Shown piece after piece: positions 28,289 through 38,188 of a stretch of 64,000 nt of DNA. The notes beneath the pieces were generated by a model. It saw only the letters and a program-made list of their open reading frames with translations, had not been told where the DNA came from and did no database searches. This DNA is from Acidobacteriota bacterium (GTDB lineage Bacteria > Acidobacteriota > UBA6911 > RPQK01 > JAJDTT01), in contig OZ242374.1 of assembly GCA_965209055.1 (NCBI GenBank), positions 5,856,001-5,920,000 on the forward strand, written 5' to 3'. How positions within the stretch are numbered: the stretch's first letter is position 1; each line of letters begins with the position of its first letter. Both the position numbers and the translations under genes were made by a program.

Positions 28289-30565
28289 ATGGGCAGAAAA
28301 ACTCTGCTGGTTGCAATCTTGGCCGCGGTTCTGGCGGGGATCATCCTCTGGTTGCCGCTGTCGGATCCGGCTCCCGTCGGCATCGAGCACCGGGAAGCGT
28401 GGACCACCTCGCGGGTCCACGGCACGCCGGATCCGCCCGATCCCTACACCACGGAAGTCGCGTTTCCGGAGATTCGCTTCGACCAGCCTCTGGAGGTGAC
28501 GACCGTTCCCGGCACCAACCTCATCGCCGTGGTCGAGCGTTTCGGCAAGATCTACGTCTTCGAGAATCGTCCCGGAGTCACCGAGACGCACCTGTTCATG
28601 GACGTCGGGAAGCCGGTCTACGGACTGGAGTTCCACCCCGACTTCCAGGAGAACCGGTACTTCTACGTGAGCCAGGTGGACCATCACACGAAGGAACTGC
28701 CGGAAGGCAGCCAACTCTCCCGCTACCGGGCGAATCCGGGGCACCCCCTCACCGGCGACCGGGACTCGGAAACGGTCCTCCTCGTCTGGCCTTCGGGTGG
28801 CCACAACGGAGGCTGCATCCGGTTCGGTCCGGACGGATACCTCTATCTGGGCACCGGCGACGCGAGCGGCATCGCCGACAGCCTGGTGACCGGCCAGAAC
28901 CCCGACGACTTCCCGGGATCGATCCTCCGAATCGACGTGAACCGTCCCGATCCCGGGAAAAACTACGGCATCCCGTCCGACAATCCCTATGTGGGGAGAG
29001 AAGGATTTCGACCGGAGGTCTGGGCCTACGGACTCCGTCAGCCCTGGAAGTTCAGCTTCGGTCCGGCCCGCCGCCTGTGGGTCGGCGAGATCGGCCAGGA
29101 CCTCTGGGAGATGATCCACATCATCGAGAAGGGAGGAAACTACGGCTGGAGCGTGATGGAGGCGACCCATCCCTTCCGGCCCGAGCGCCCCCTGGGTCCC
29201 ACGCCCATCCTGCCTCCGTTGGTGGAACACTCCCACACCGACTTCCGTTCCATCACCGGCGGCTACGTCTACCGGGGAACGCGCCTGGAGTCGCTGGCGG
29301 ACAGCTACGTCTACGGAGACCACGACACCGGGAAGATCTGGTCCCTCGATTACGACGGCACGCGGGTTGAGAATCACCGCCAACTGGCCGACACGCTGCT
29401 GCGAATCGTCGCCATCGGTCAGGACCAGAACCACGAACTCCTGTTCTTGGACTTCGTCGGCGGCCAGTTCCACCGATTGGTTCCACGCCCCGAATCCCCC
29501 GGTCAAACGGCGGATTTTCCCCGGTTGCTGAGCGAGACCGGGCTGTTCACCTCCACCAGGGAGATGACCCCCGCCCCGGGCCTGATCCCCTATTCGGTCA
29601 ACGCCGCCCTCTGGTCGGACCACGCCGCCAAGGAACGCTACATCGCGTTGCCGGACCTGTCGCAGATCGAGTACGACACGGTGATCTACCCGCAGCCGGC
29701 GCCGGGCGTCCCCCCAGGTTGGAAATTCCCCGACGGAACCGTCCTGGTCAAGACCTTCTCCCTGGAGATGGAGAGGGGAAACCCCGACAGCCTCAGGCGA
29801 TTGGAGACGCGGCTTCTTCACCACGAGCGGATTCCCGGAACCGATGAAGTGGGAGCGCAGGTCTGGAAGGGATATGTCTACCTCTGGAACGAGGAGCAGA
29901 CCGACGCCGAGTTGTTGGAAAGCGAGGGCCTGGATCGGGCGTTCACCATTCGGGAGGCGGACGGCGGCACCAGCGAGCAGACCTGGCGGTTCCCCAGCCG
30001 CGCCGAGTGCACCCTCTGCCACACCACTGCCGCCAGGTACATCCTGGGCATCAGCACCCTGCAGATGAACAAGGACCACGACTACGGGGGAGTGGTGGCC
30101 AACCAGCTTCGGACCTTGGACCATCTGGGCGTCTTCACCAAACCTCTACCGGCTTCGCCGGAGAAGCTGGCCCGGCTCGTCGACTACGGGAATCCCGATC
30201 TGGAAACCGATCTGCGGGCGCGCGCCTATCTTCACGCCAACTGCTCCCACTGTCACGTGAAGTGGGGGGGCGGCAACGCCGATTTCCAATTGATCGGCAC
30301 CATGCCGCTGGAGCAGACCGGCATCGTCGACACCGTCGCCGCTCATGGCGGATTCGACCTGGATCAGCCGCGGCTGGTGGTCCCGGGACACCCGAACCGG
30401 TCCATCATCCCCCATCGCATGGCCATGCTGGGCCTGGGCCGCATGCCCCACATCGCCTCCAACGTGGTGGATGAAGAGGGAGTTCGCCTGGTTCGGGAGT
30501 GGATCCGGAGTCTGCCGGTCCAACAGACGCGGAACCGTTCCAAGGATGGCAACGGACCCGGTTAA
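28289..30565 (+). CDS. Exported PQQ-dependent sugar dehydrogenase (GSDH) domain fused to a di-heme cytochrome c
   Basis: HNGGCIRFGPDGYLYLGTGD, WAYGLRQPWKFSF, NYGW; CTLCH and CSHCH heme motifs, distal MP; N-terminal signal/TM. Confidence 0.88.
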   Translation: MGRKTLLVAILAAVLAGIILWLPLSDPAPVGIEHREAWTTSRVHGTPDPPDPYTTEVAFPEIRFDQPLEVTTVPGTNLIAVVERFGKIYVFENRPGVTETHLFMDVGKPVYGLEFHPDFQENRYFYVSQVDHHTKELPEGSQLSRYRANPGHPLTGDRDSETVLLVWPSGGHNGGCIRFGPDGYLYLGTGDASGIADSLVTGQNPDDFPGSILRIDVNRPDPGKNYGIPSDNPYVGREGFRPEVWAYGLRQPWKFSFGPARRLWVGEIGQDLWEMIHIIEKGGNYGWSVMEATHPFRPERPLGPTPILPPLVEHSHTDFRSITGGYVYRGTRLESLADSYVYGDHDTGKIWSLDYDGTRVENHRQLADTLLRIVAIGQDQNHELLFLDFVGGQFHRLVPRPESPGQTADFPRLLSETGLFTSTREMTPAPGLIPYSVNAALWSDHAAKERYIALPDLSQIEYDTVIYPQPAPGVPPGWKFPDGTVLVKTFSLEMERGNPDSLRRLETRLLHHERIPGTDEVGAQVWKGYVYLWNEEQTDAELLESEGLDRAFTIREADGGTSEQTWRFPSRAECTLCHTTAARYILGISTLQMNKDHDYGGVVANQLRTLDHLGVFTKPLPASPEKLARLVDYGNPDLETDLRARAYLHANCSHCHVKWGGGNADFQLIGTMPLEQTGIVDTVAAHGGFDLDQPRLVVPGHPNRSIIPHRMAMLGLGRMPHIASNVVDEEGVRLVREWIRSLPVQQTRNRSKDGNGPG

Positions 30566-31251
30566 CCCGCAGTTCTCAAGTACGTGAGCAACTCCACCAT
30601 CAGTCCGTTGACGGCCCGGTAGTTCCCGGCCGGGGCGTGGAGCAGTTCGCCCTCCGACTGCACGTACTTGGAAGGGATGAGTTCCGCCCGGCAGTTGACG
30701 ACCAGTTTCCTTGCCGCGTCCGGCGTCGTCTCCAGGTGGAACTGCATGCCGACGGCCGATCTCCCGATCTGGAAGGCCTGATTCTCGCAGCCGTCGCTTC
30801 GCGCCAGATGGACCGCGCCGGGAGGCAGATCGAAGGTCTCCCCGTGCCAGTGAAATGCCTGGATGACCTCGGGAAACCGGAAGCAGTCCGGTCCTCCGTC
30901 GATTCCACGCAGCGGAAGCCAGCCGATCTCCTTCAGCTCGTTGGGGTAGACCCGGGCGCCCAGGGCGCTGGCGATGAGCTGTGCACCGAGGCAGATCCCC
31001 AAGACCGGCTTCCCGGCCTCGATGGCCCGGCGGATGAACCGCTTCTCGGAGACCAGCCAGGGAAGCTCCTCCTCGTCGTTGACGCTCATGGGGCCGCCCA
31101 TGGCGATGAGGAAGTCGACGTCGTCCAGCTCGGGCACCTCTGCCGATTCAAAGAATCTCGTGCAGGTCACCTCGTAGCCGGCGTCGACCAGCCAGGGCCG
31201 GATGCATCCGAGGCCTTCGAAGGGAACGTGCTGGAAATAGTGAGCGCGCAT
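30562..31251 (-). CDS. Class I glutamine amidotransferase
   Basis: QHVPFEG, GGPMSVND, GICLGAQL, QFHLE (Cys-His-Glu). Confidence 0.92.
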   Translation of the reverse strand: MRAHYFQHVPFEGLGCIRPWLVDAGYEVTCTRFFESAEVPELDDVDFLIAMGGPMSVNDEEELPWLVSEKRFIRRAIEAGKPVLGICLGAQLIASALGARVYPNELKEIGWLPLRGIDGGPDCFRFPEVIQAFHWHGETFDLPPGAVHLARSDGCENQAFQIGRSAVGMQFHLETTPDAARKLVVNCRAELIPSKYVQSEGELLHAPAGNYRAVNGLMVELLTYLRTAG

Positions 31252-31351
31252 GGGATTGTCAATTGACGGTCCGTGCTGAAATTCGTGACGGGCTGTGGAG
31301 TTTGTATCTGCAACGGATCAAGAAGGCAAGCTGGGGGTCACGGACGACGAC

Positions 31352-32602
31352 TCAACCGCGGCGGACGGCCAGCGCCAGCACGACCCACAATCCTGCCAGT
31401 ACGATGATCGCCATGCTGATCCAGTTGACCGAAAAGTGCAGGAAAGAGGTGAGGACCAGCAGCAATCCCCCGGCCAGACCTCTCGACCATCGATCCACGA
31501 AGAGGTCGATGAACACCTTGGCCCGCTTCTTGACCTCGAGGGGCACCGGCAGGAAGAGCAGTTCCCTGCCCGTCTTGTCGACGGAGGGACGGAGGCTGCC
31601 GTCGATACCCCGCAATATGACGGCGCCCCAGAGAGTGGGGACTGCCAGCATGCCCACTGAAGTAAACAGCAGCCCCAGCGGGAGCAACAGGATAGCCCCG
31701 GACACGCCCCAGAACCGGATCAGCCGGTAGGTCAGAAAGGTCTGTAGAAGCAAGGATACGATGTTGAGTCGCCCGTAGAACTTTCCCAGGAAGGCTGCCA
31801 GCGCCTGCTGGTCCGGATACGCCTGGACGGCGACGGTCTTGAACTGGAAAACCACCAACGTGGCCACCACCGCGCTGAGGAAAAGCAGGCCCCCGATGCC
31901 GGCGAGATGGCGGTGGTCCCGGAGCATTGAGCGCACTTCCCGCAAAGAGTTTCGCACCGGTTCCTGGAGAGGGGCCGCCGTTGCGGGAGTCCGGCCGGGC
32001 GGCCGGGCGAGCCTTCCGGCGCGGTTCAGGAGTATTGTTGAGAGCGTCAGGAAACCGGCGCAGAACAGCAGCAGGTCCCGGGTCGGGATCTCCACGACTC
32101 CGACCAGAAAGCCGGCCGACTCGCCTCCGATGATGGCTCCCAGGATGCCGCCGAGATTCACGACTGCGAAAATCCGCTTGGCCTGGGCCGAGTTCAGGAC
32201 CGAATTGGCGAAGAGCCAGAACTGCGAAGTGGTCAGGATTCCGAAGATGTCGACCCAGATGTAGAAGGCGTAGTAGATCCACGAGATCTCCAGCGCCAGC
32301 AACCAATGCAAGAGCAGCAGGCAGCCGATCAAAACGGCGCTGGTTCCCATGATCATCCGGTTCAGGTCCAGAACCCGGGCCAGCCTTCCGTAAATGAGCG
32401 TGACGGGCAAAGCCACGAGGGCGATCAGGACAAAGACCACGGGAAGGTTGTGGGGACCGGGTCCAACCAGAAACAGGCTGTCTCTGGCCGGCTTGAGGAA
32501 GAAATAGGTCAGGACGATGAGGCCGTAGCCGGAGAACAGGACGGCGGCGAGTCGGACTTCCTCCTTGCGGACCCCGAAGAGGAAGTCCACCAGCCGTATC
32601 AT
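31352..32602 (-). CDS. NTT/TLC (Npt1/Npt2-like) nucleotide transporter, membrane domain only
   Basis: YFFLKPARDSLFL, AFYIWV...SQFWLFAN...QAKRIF, LRPSVDKTGRELLFLPVPLEVKKRAKVFID. Confidence 0.85.
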   Translation of the reverse strand: MIRLVDFLFGVRKEEVRLAAVLFSGYGLIVLTYFFLKPARDSLFLVGPGPHNLPVVFVLIALVALPVTLIYGRLARVLDLNRMIMGTSAVLIGCLLLLHWLLALEISWIYYAFYIWVDIFGILTTSQFWLFANSVLNSAQAKRIFAVVNLGGILGAIIGGESAGFLVGVVEIPTRDLLLFCAGFLTLSTILLNRAGRLARPPGRTPATAAPLQEPVRNSLREVRSMLRDHRHLAGIGGLLFLSAVVATLVVFQFKTVAVQAYPDQQALAAFLGKFYGRLNIVSLLLQTFLTYRLIRFWGVSGAILLLPLGLLFTSVGMLAVPTLWGAVILRGIDGSLRPSVDKTGRELLFLPVPLEVKKRAKVFIDLFVDRWSRGLAGGLLLVLTSFLHFSVNWISMAIIVLAGLWVVLALAVRRG

Positions 32603-32620
32603 GGATCAGCCCGCCTTCAA

Positions 32621-33991
32621 TTACCGGGCTGCAGTCTCCGCGGCTGCGACTCCGGAGACCGGCCAACCCTCCCGAATCAGGGCGCGGAGCGCTCTCTCAT
32701 AAGCTTCTACGGTGAAGTCCACGTCCTCGTCGGTGTGGGCCGCGGTCATCCGCCAACTCACCCCTCCCTGGGTGTCCACCCCCTCATTCAGGAGGGCCTT
32801 CCGGAGAACGCCGGCCCGGGTCGGATCGTTGGCGGCTTTGAGCTGTTCATGGGGAACGGTGCACCCGTTCGCTTCATCCCACTCTCCCTCGACCCCCAGC
32901 GCCACGAACAGGCCCGAGGCAAGACCGTAAGCGAGGCCGGGGATTCCCAGCCGGTCCAGTACTCCTTGCAGACCCGACCGGAGCTGTTCGTTCACGGCCT
33001 CGACCCGTTCGTTGACCGGTTCCCGGTCCAGGATCTCGAGACACGCGGCCCCCGCTACGGCGGACAGCGGATTGGCATTGAAAGTGCCGGGATGGGCGAC
33101 CCGGCGCCGGGCATCCCATTCGGGGTCGCCACGGTGCTGGATCATGTCCAGGATCTCCGCCTTGCCCACGACGGCCGCCCCGGGAAGGCCTCCGGCCAGG
33201 ATCTTGGCGTGGGTGCTCAGATCGGGCGTGATTCCGTAGCGTTGCTGGACTCCTCCCAGGGAGGCTCGAAATCCGGTAATGACCTCGTCGAAGATCAGCA
33301 GCACCCCTTTATCCCGGGTGACCTCCCTCAACCGGCGAAGGAACCCCGGTGTGATGGGCAGAAGACCGCCGATGGCCCCCGTGGGCTCTACGATCACCGC
33401 CGCAATGTCGCGGTCATTCTCCAGGACCCGCTCCACCTCGTCGATTTCCGGCGCCACCTGAACCACGGTTCCTGCCGTTCCCTGGGGAACTCCGGCGGCC
33501 TCCCCCTCGGGACTCAGGACGACGTAGTCGCTCCAGCCGTGGAAATGGTGGTGAAACTTGAGGATTTTGTTCCGTCCCGTGTAGGCCCGGACCAGGCGGA
33601 AGGCCATCAGGTCCGCCTCGGTCCCCGACGAGTGAAAACGGACCTTCTCGGAACAGGGGACCAGCTTGTTCACGATCTCGGCCCACCGGATCTCCTGCTC
33701 GGTGGCGCCGCCCACGTGGGTGCCCCGCCCCATCTGCTCCCTGACCGCCTCAACGATGGCGGGGTAGGAGTGTCCCAGAACGATCGCCCCGTGCCCGACG
33801 ACGTAGTCGATGTACCGGTTCCCGTCCACGTCCCATTTGTAGGCCCCCTCGGAATGAGTCATGTAGAGGGGAAAGGGCGTGATCCAACGCGAGTCGTGGG
33901 TGGCGCCGTCGGGAAAGGCGCGGCGTCCTCCGCCGGCCAGGCGGAAGGACCCGGGATGGTCGTCGTAGTATCGCTCGTCCACGGACTTCAT
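32621..33991 (-). CDS. Class III aminotransferase (GSA aminomutase-like)
   Basis: WDVDGNRYIDY, SSGTEA, FHGWSD, LIFDEVITGFR, PDLSTHAKILAGG, HPGTFNANP. Confidence 0.9.
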   Translation of the reverse strand: MKSVDERYYDDHPGSFRLAGGGRRAFPDGATHDSRWITPFPLYMTHSEGAYKWDVDGNRYIDYVVGHGAIVLGHSYPAIVEAVREQMGRGTHVGGATEQEIRWAEIVNKLVPCSEKVRFHSSGTEADLMAFRLVRAYTGRNKILKFHHHFHGWSDYVVLSPEGEAAGVPQGTAGTVVQVAPEIDEVERVLENDRDIAAVIVEPTGAIGGLLPITPGFLRRLREVTRDKGVLLIFDEVITGFRASLGGVQQRYGITPDLSTHAKILAGGLPGAAVVGKAEILDMIQHRGDPEWDARRRVAHPGTFNANPLSAVAGAACLEILDREPVNERVEAVNEQLRSGLQGVLDRLGIPGLAYGLASGLFVALGVEGEWDEANGCTVPHEQLKAANDPTRAGVLRKALLNEGVDTQGGVSWRMTAAHTDEDVDFTVEAYERALRALIREGWPVSGVAAAETAAR

Positions 33992-34099
33992 AAATGTGCT
34001 CCTGTTTTACTGATGCAGGCCAAGTCTACTGACAGGCCGCGGCAAAAGTCACCACCGGCAGCGGGAGGCTTCGTCAGGCTGAAGCGCGATCTTCACCGG

Positions 34100-35281
34100 T
34101 CACGAGATCCCTTCCAGGCTCTGCTCAAAATCTTCCAACAGATCTCCGGGGTCCTCGATGCCCACCGAGACCCGCACCAGCGAGTCGGAGATTCCCATCC
34201 GAATCCGCTCCGAAGCCGGCACTCCGGCATGTGAGGTCGTGGCCGGACGGGTGACCAGGGTCTCCACTCCTCCCAGGCTGGGAGCCGACCGGGGAATTCG
34301 AAGACGACTCAGCAACGATTCGGCCGTTGCCACCCCTCCCCGCGCCTCGAAGCTCAGCATCCCGCCGAAGCCGGAAAAGAGCTCCCGGGCCCGCCCATGT
34401 TGGGGATGGGACTCCAGACCGGGGTAGTTGACCTCTTCGACCGCCGGGTGCGCCTCCAGAAAACGGGCCAATGCCAAGGCGTTCCCGTTGTGCCGGCCCA
34501 CCCGCAGGACCAGGGTCTTGATCCCCCGATGCAGCAGGAAGCAGGCATGAGGGTCCAGGACGCCTCCCAGGTGATTCAACCGGTGGGTCACCCGGCGCAC
34601 CAGCTCCCGGGGCCCGATGACGGCCCCCGCCGCCAGGTCCGAATGGCCGTTGAGGTACTTGGTGCCGCTGTGGACGACGAGATCGAAGCCCGATTCCACG
34701 GGCCGATAGTTGACGGGCGTGGCGAAGGTGCTGTCGATGATGGAGACCAGGCCATGTTTCCGGGCGAATCGAACCAACCGCTCCAGGTCCGGAACCTGCA
34801 TCAGGGGATTGGTGATGGTCTCCACGTAGATGGCGCGCGTGGACGGTTTCAGGAGAGCGGACCAGGTCTCGGGGCGGTTGCCGTCCATGAGGTCGTGACC
34901 GATCCCGAAATCGGCCAGGTCGCGGGTAACGAAGGTGTGAGACCCGCCGTAGAGCCCTTCCAACGCCAACAGGTGGTCTCCATGGGCGAGCAACGCCAAC
35001 AGCGTGGTGGTGATGGCGGCCATTCCGCTGGAGGCGACGACGGCCGCCTCGCCCCCCTCCAGCGAAGCCAGCTTGGCGTGGAGGGCCTGGTGATTGGGGG
35101 TGTTGTTGAGGCGGACATAGCGAACCGCGTCGTAGCTCTCCTCACCCGCGGTCTCGAAAGTGGCCGACTGGAAAATGGGGATGCTCACCGCGCCCTCGAT
35201 TCGAGGCTCGGGCTCGCCGGCATGGACGGCGCGCGTGGCCAGCCGGCGGTTTAACTCGGAATGATCACTTTGATCCGACAT
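34100..35281 (-). CDS. Cys/Met metabolism PLP enzyme (cystathionine/methionine gamma-lyase family)
   Basis: PIFQSATF, SSGMAAI, YGGS, ETITNP, DSTFATP, HSGTKYLNGHSD, SLGGVETL, VRVSVGIED; GGAGG RBS before ATG 35281. Confidence 0.92.
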   Translation of the reverse strand: MSDQSDHSELNRRLATRAVHAGEPEPRIEGAVSIPIFQSATFETAGEESYDAVRYVRLNNTPNHQALHAKLASLEGGEAAVVASSGMAAITTTLLALLAHGDHLLALEGLYGGSHTFVTRDLADFGIGHDLMDGNRPETWSALLKPSTRAIYVETITNPLMQVPDLERLVRFARKHGLVSIIDSTFATPVNYRPVESGFDLVVHSGTKYLNGHSDLAAGAVIGPRELVRRVTHRLNHLGGVLDPHACFLLHRGIKTLVLRVGRHNGNALALARFLEAHPAVEEVNYPGLESHPQHGRARELFSGFGGMLSFEARGGVATAESLLSRLRIPRSAPSLGGVETLVTRPATTSHAGVPASERIRMGISDSLVRVSVGIEDPGDLLEDFEQSLEGIS

Positions 35282-35447
35282 TCGACCTCCTGAATGCAAC
35301 TCCATTTCTGCACGGAGCCAGCTACCATCCGCTCGGATCTTGTAGCCGTCTCGCCCCGCGGATACTCTAACGATCCGTGTCTTATGTCCTCACGGGCGGT
35401 CGACGCGGTTCGAATCAACCCGAAAAAACGTCTACCCGCAGGAGTCC

Positions 35448-36614
35448 ATGATACCCATGAAATTGAATCGGCGAGAGATGATCCGAACCGCCGCCGCCGT
35501 CACTTCCATCACCACGTTCTCCAGCGGCCGCAGTGTCCGCGCCGGCGCCGTCCAGGAGACTTCGGTGGTCAGCCTCCGTCCCCACCTCTATCACGGGTGG
35601 CCCACCGTCGCCCGGCGCTCCGGCGGCGAGTTGCTCGTAGTCTGCTCCGGAGGACGGGAAGGCCATGTCTGCCCCTTCGGGTGGGTGGAATTGATGCGCT
35701 CCCACGACGAAGGCCGAACCTGGACCTGGCCCCGGATCCTGATGGACGGCCCCCTCGACGATCGGGACGCCGGAGTCGTGGAAACCCAAAAGGGCAGCCT
35801 GCTGGTCACCACCTTCACCTCGGTGGCCTACCAGAAGCTGCTGGCCGGGGCCCAGGACAAGAGTCCGGGAAGTGACGGAGCCTGGCCGCAAGAAAAGCTG
35901 GCTCGCTGGCAATCCGCCCACGCCCGAATCCCGGTCCATCGCCGCGAGGCCTTGTTGGGAGGGTGGATGCTGCGTTCCACCGACGGTGGGGACACCTGGT
36001 CGGCCCCTTACCGGGTCCCCGTCAACAGCCCCCACGGACCCATTCCGCTCTCAGACGGTCGATTGCTCTACCCGGGAAAGCAGTTCGGCCACGGCGAGGG
36101 CCGGATCGGGGCGTGCGAATCCACCGACGACGGCAAGAGCTGGCGCTGGGCCGGAGGGATTCCCGTCCGTCCGGGCGACAGCCAGCACAACTATCACGAG
36201 CTGCATGGCGTCGAGGCCGCCGACGGCACCCTCATCATCCAGATCCGGAACCACAACGAAGCCAACGAACGGGAGACCCTCCAATCCGAGTCAAGCGACG
36301 GCGGCAGAACCTGGTCGATGCCCCATCCCATAGGCGTCTGGGGCCTTCCCTCCCACCTGCTCCGCCTCCGGGACGGCCGGCTGGTCATGACCTACGGGTA
36401 CCGGCGCCAGCCTTACGGCAACCAGGCCCGGATGAGCACGGACCACGGCCGATCCTGGTCCGAACCGGTTACGCTTTCGGCGGACGGCCACTCGGGAGAC
36501 CTGGGCTACCCGTCCACGGTCGAACTGAACGACGGCACCCTGTTGAGCATCTGGTACGAGAAGCTGGCCAGTTCGCCCCGGGCGGTGCTGCGCCAGGCCC
36601 GCTGGTCGCTCTAG
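35448..36614 (+). CDS. Tat-exported BNR/Asp-box sialidase-like protein
   Basis: LNRREMI Tat motif; five Asp boxes (SHDEGRTW, STDGGDTW, STDDGKSW, SSDGGRTW, STDHGRSW); DLGYP. Confidence 0.87.
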   Translation: MIPMKLNRREMIRTAAAVTSITTFSSGRSVRAGAVQETSVVSLRPHLYHGWPTVARRSGGELLVVCSGGREGHVCPFGWVELMRSHDEGRTWTWPRILMDGPLDDRDAGVVETQKGSLLVTTFTSVAYQKLLAGAQDKSPGSDGAWPQEKLARWQSAHARIPVHRREALLGGWMLRSTDGGDTWSAPYRVPVNSPHGPIPLSDGRLLYPGKQFGHGEGRIGACESTDDGKSWRWAGGIPVRPGDSQHNYHELHGVEAADGTLIIQIRNHNEANERETLQSESSDGGRTWSMPHPIGVWGLPSHLLRLRDGRLVMTYGYRRQPYGNQARMSTDHGRSWSEPVTLSADGHSGDLGYPSTVELNDGTLLSIWYEKLASSPRAVLRQARWSL

Positions 36615-36617
36615 CGG

Positions 36618-38135
36618 CTACCGCGCCACTCTCCCCCGGCTCCGCCGGTGCTGCCAGTAGCTGATGAGAGTCCCGGCGGAGAGGTCCACGGCCAGGGCGG
36701 AGGGCGCCACCCACATGAAGCTGACCGGGTCCTCTCCCGTCACCGGATCCATGCCGAAGAGGGGCCCGGAGAAGGCGATCAACCCGGCGGCCAGAATCCC
36801 CAGCATCGTCCCGGCCCAGACCCCCAGCGGCTTGGCGAAGGGAATGAAGAAGGCATAGACGAAGAGCCCGAAAATCGGCGCCACGAATAGAGACGACGTC
36901 TTGTTGCTGACCGCCCAGATGTTTCCGGGCACCTGCTCCAGAAACGAGCTGCCCACCACGATGAGGCCCCCGATGACGAAGGCCAGTATCTTGGCAATAC
37001 GGGTTCTCGCCCGCTCGCTCTCGGGGAGCCTGCCGAATCGCGCCAGAAAGTCCCTGCTGACGACCGCCGTCATGGAATTGACCCCGGAATCGATGCTGGA
37101 CATGGCCGCAGCAAACATGGCGGAGACCACCAGTCCCGAAACGCCCGGCGGCAGCATGTAGGCGATGTAGTAGGGAAAGACGTTGTCCCCGTTCCTGGTG
37201 AGGTCGATCCCTTCAGACAAATTCCCGGGGAACTCCTGGAAGAATCCCAACAGGGCGAATCCCACCATCCAGAGGGATACGAGGATGACGACGTTCACAA
37301 TCTGGTGGGTCAGGTAGGCCCGGCGGGCCGCACGGGGGTCCCGGGTCGCCATGAAGCGCTGGACCATGGTCTGGTCCCCACCGGCGATGCAGACGGTGAG
37401 GACGAAGACGTAGAAAATGGATCCAAGGATGCTGATCCGGACGCCGGGATCGAAGCTGAAGAGAGGTTGAACGTCCCAGTGAGGCTGCCATCCGGAGGGA
37501 ACCCAACCCAAGCCCCCCAAGTTCCAGGTCACCAGGCCGATGGCCAGGCAGGCGCCGCCGAACATGAGGAGCGTTTGGATGGTGTCGGTGATCACCACCG
37601 CGCGAAGACCCCCCAGAGACGTGTAAAGAACCGCCACCAGCCCGGTCAGGAGGGTGACCAGCGGGATCTAGGACTCGTCCACGCCCATCATGACGGTCAT
37701 GGCCTTGGCCGACAGGTAGATCAGGAGCGACATCCAGATGAGGCGGACCAGCAGGAACAGCACCGATCCCAACAGGCGGACACCCAGACCCAGCCGCTCT
37801 TCCAGGAGCTCGTAGGCGCTGGTCACCCGGCTCCTCATATAGACGGGAATGATGACGTAAGCCACGATCAGGAAGGCGAAGGGATAGGCCAGCAGGTTGC
37901 ACAGCGCACCGGGCCCCTTGGAGATGGCTTCTCCAGGGACGGCCAGATACGAAATGGTGCTCAGCAGCGTGGCGAACATGGAGAACCCGATGAGAATCGG
38001 GTTCATCCGGCCGCTGCCGGTAAAGTACTCCCGGGTCGTCTTCTGCCGGCGGCCGCAGGCGTAGCCCAGGACGACGGTTCCCAGGGCGTAGAGGAGGAGG
38101 ATGGCCCAGTCGACCGCCGTCAGTCCGCCCGGCAA
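36618..38135 (-). pseudogene. Sodium:solute symporter interrupted by one in-frame TAG (37668-37670)
   Basis: Track ORFs 37668..38135 and 36618..37637 share a frame; reading through gives ...GVDES*IPLVTLLTGLVAVLYTSLGGLRAVVITD..., a 505-codon SSS with DQTMVQRFM and FAAAMSSIDS motifs. Confidence 0.85.
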
Positions 38136-38188
38136 GCGTCTACCCTATCCCGCCGGACCTCGCGAGGAGCCTCCCGCGGCGCTGGACT

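Noticed and set aside
32621-33991. hemL assignment
   Set aside because: GSA-aminomutase-like but diverged (no SPVRAF-type N-terminal motif, not in a hem context), so left as a class III aminotransferase.
35282-35447. SAM riboswitch upstream of the Cys/Met lyase (hairpin GCTAC..ATCCG-AG-CGGAT.GTAGC)
   Set aside because: Lacks recognisable SAM-I or SAM-II core sequences; only a generic stem-loop.
37668-37670. Genome-wide TAG recoding
   Set aside because: TAG terminates several full-length genes in the window at the expected positions.
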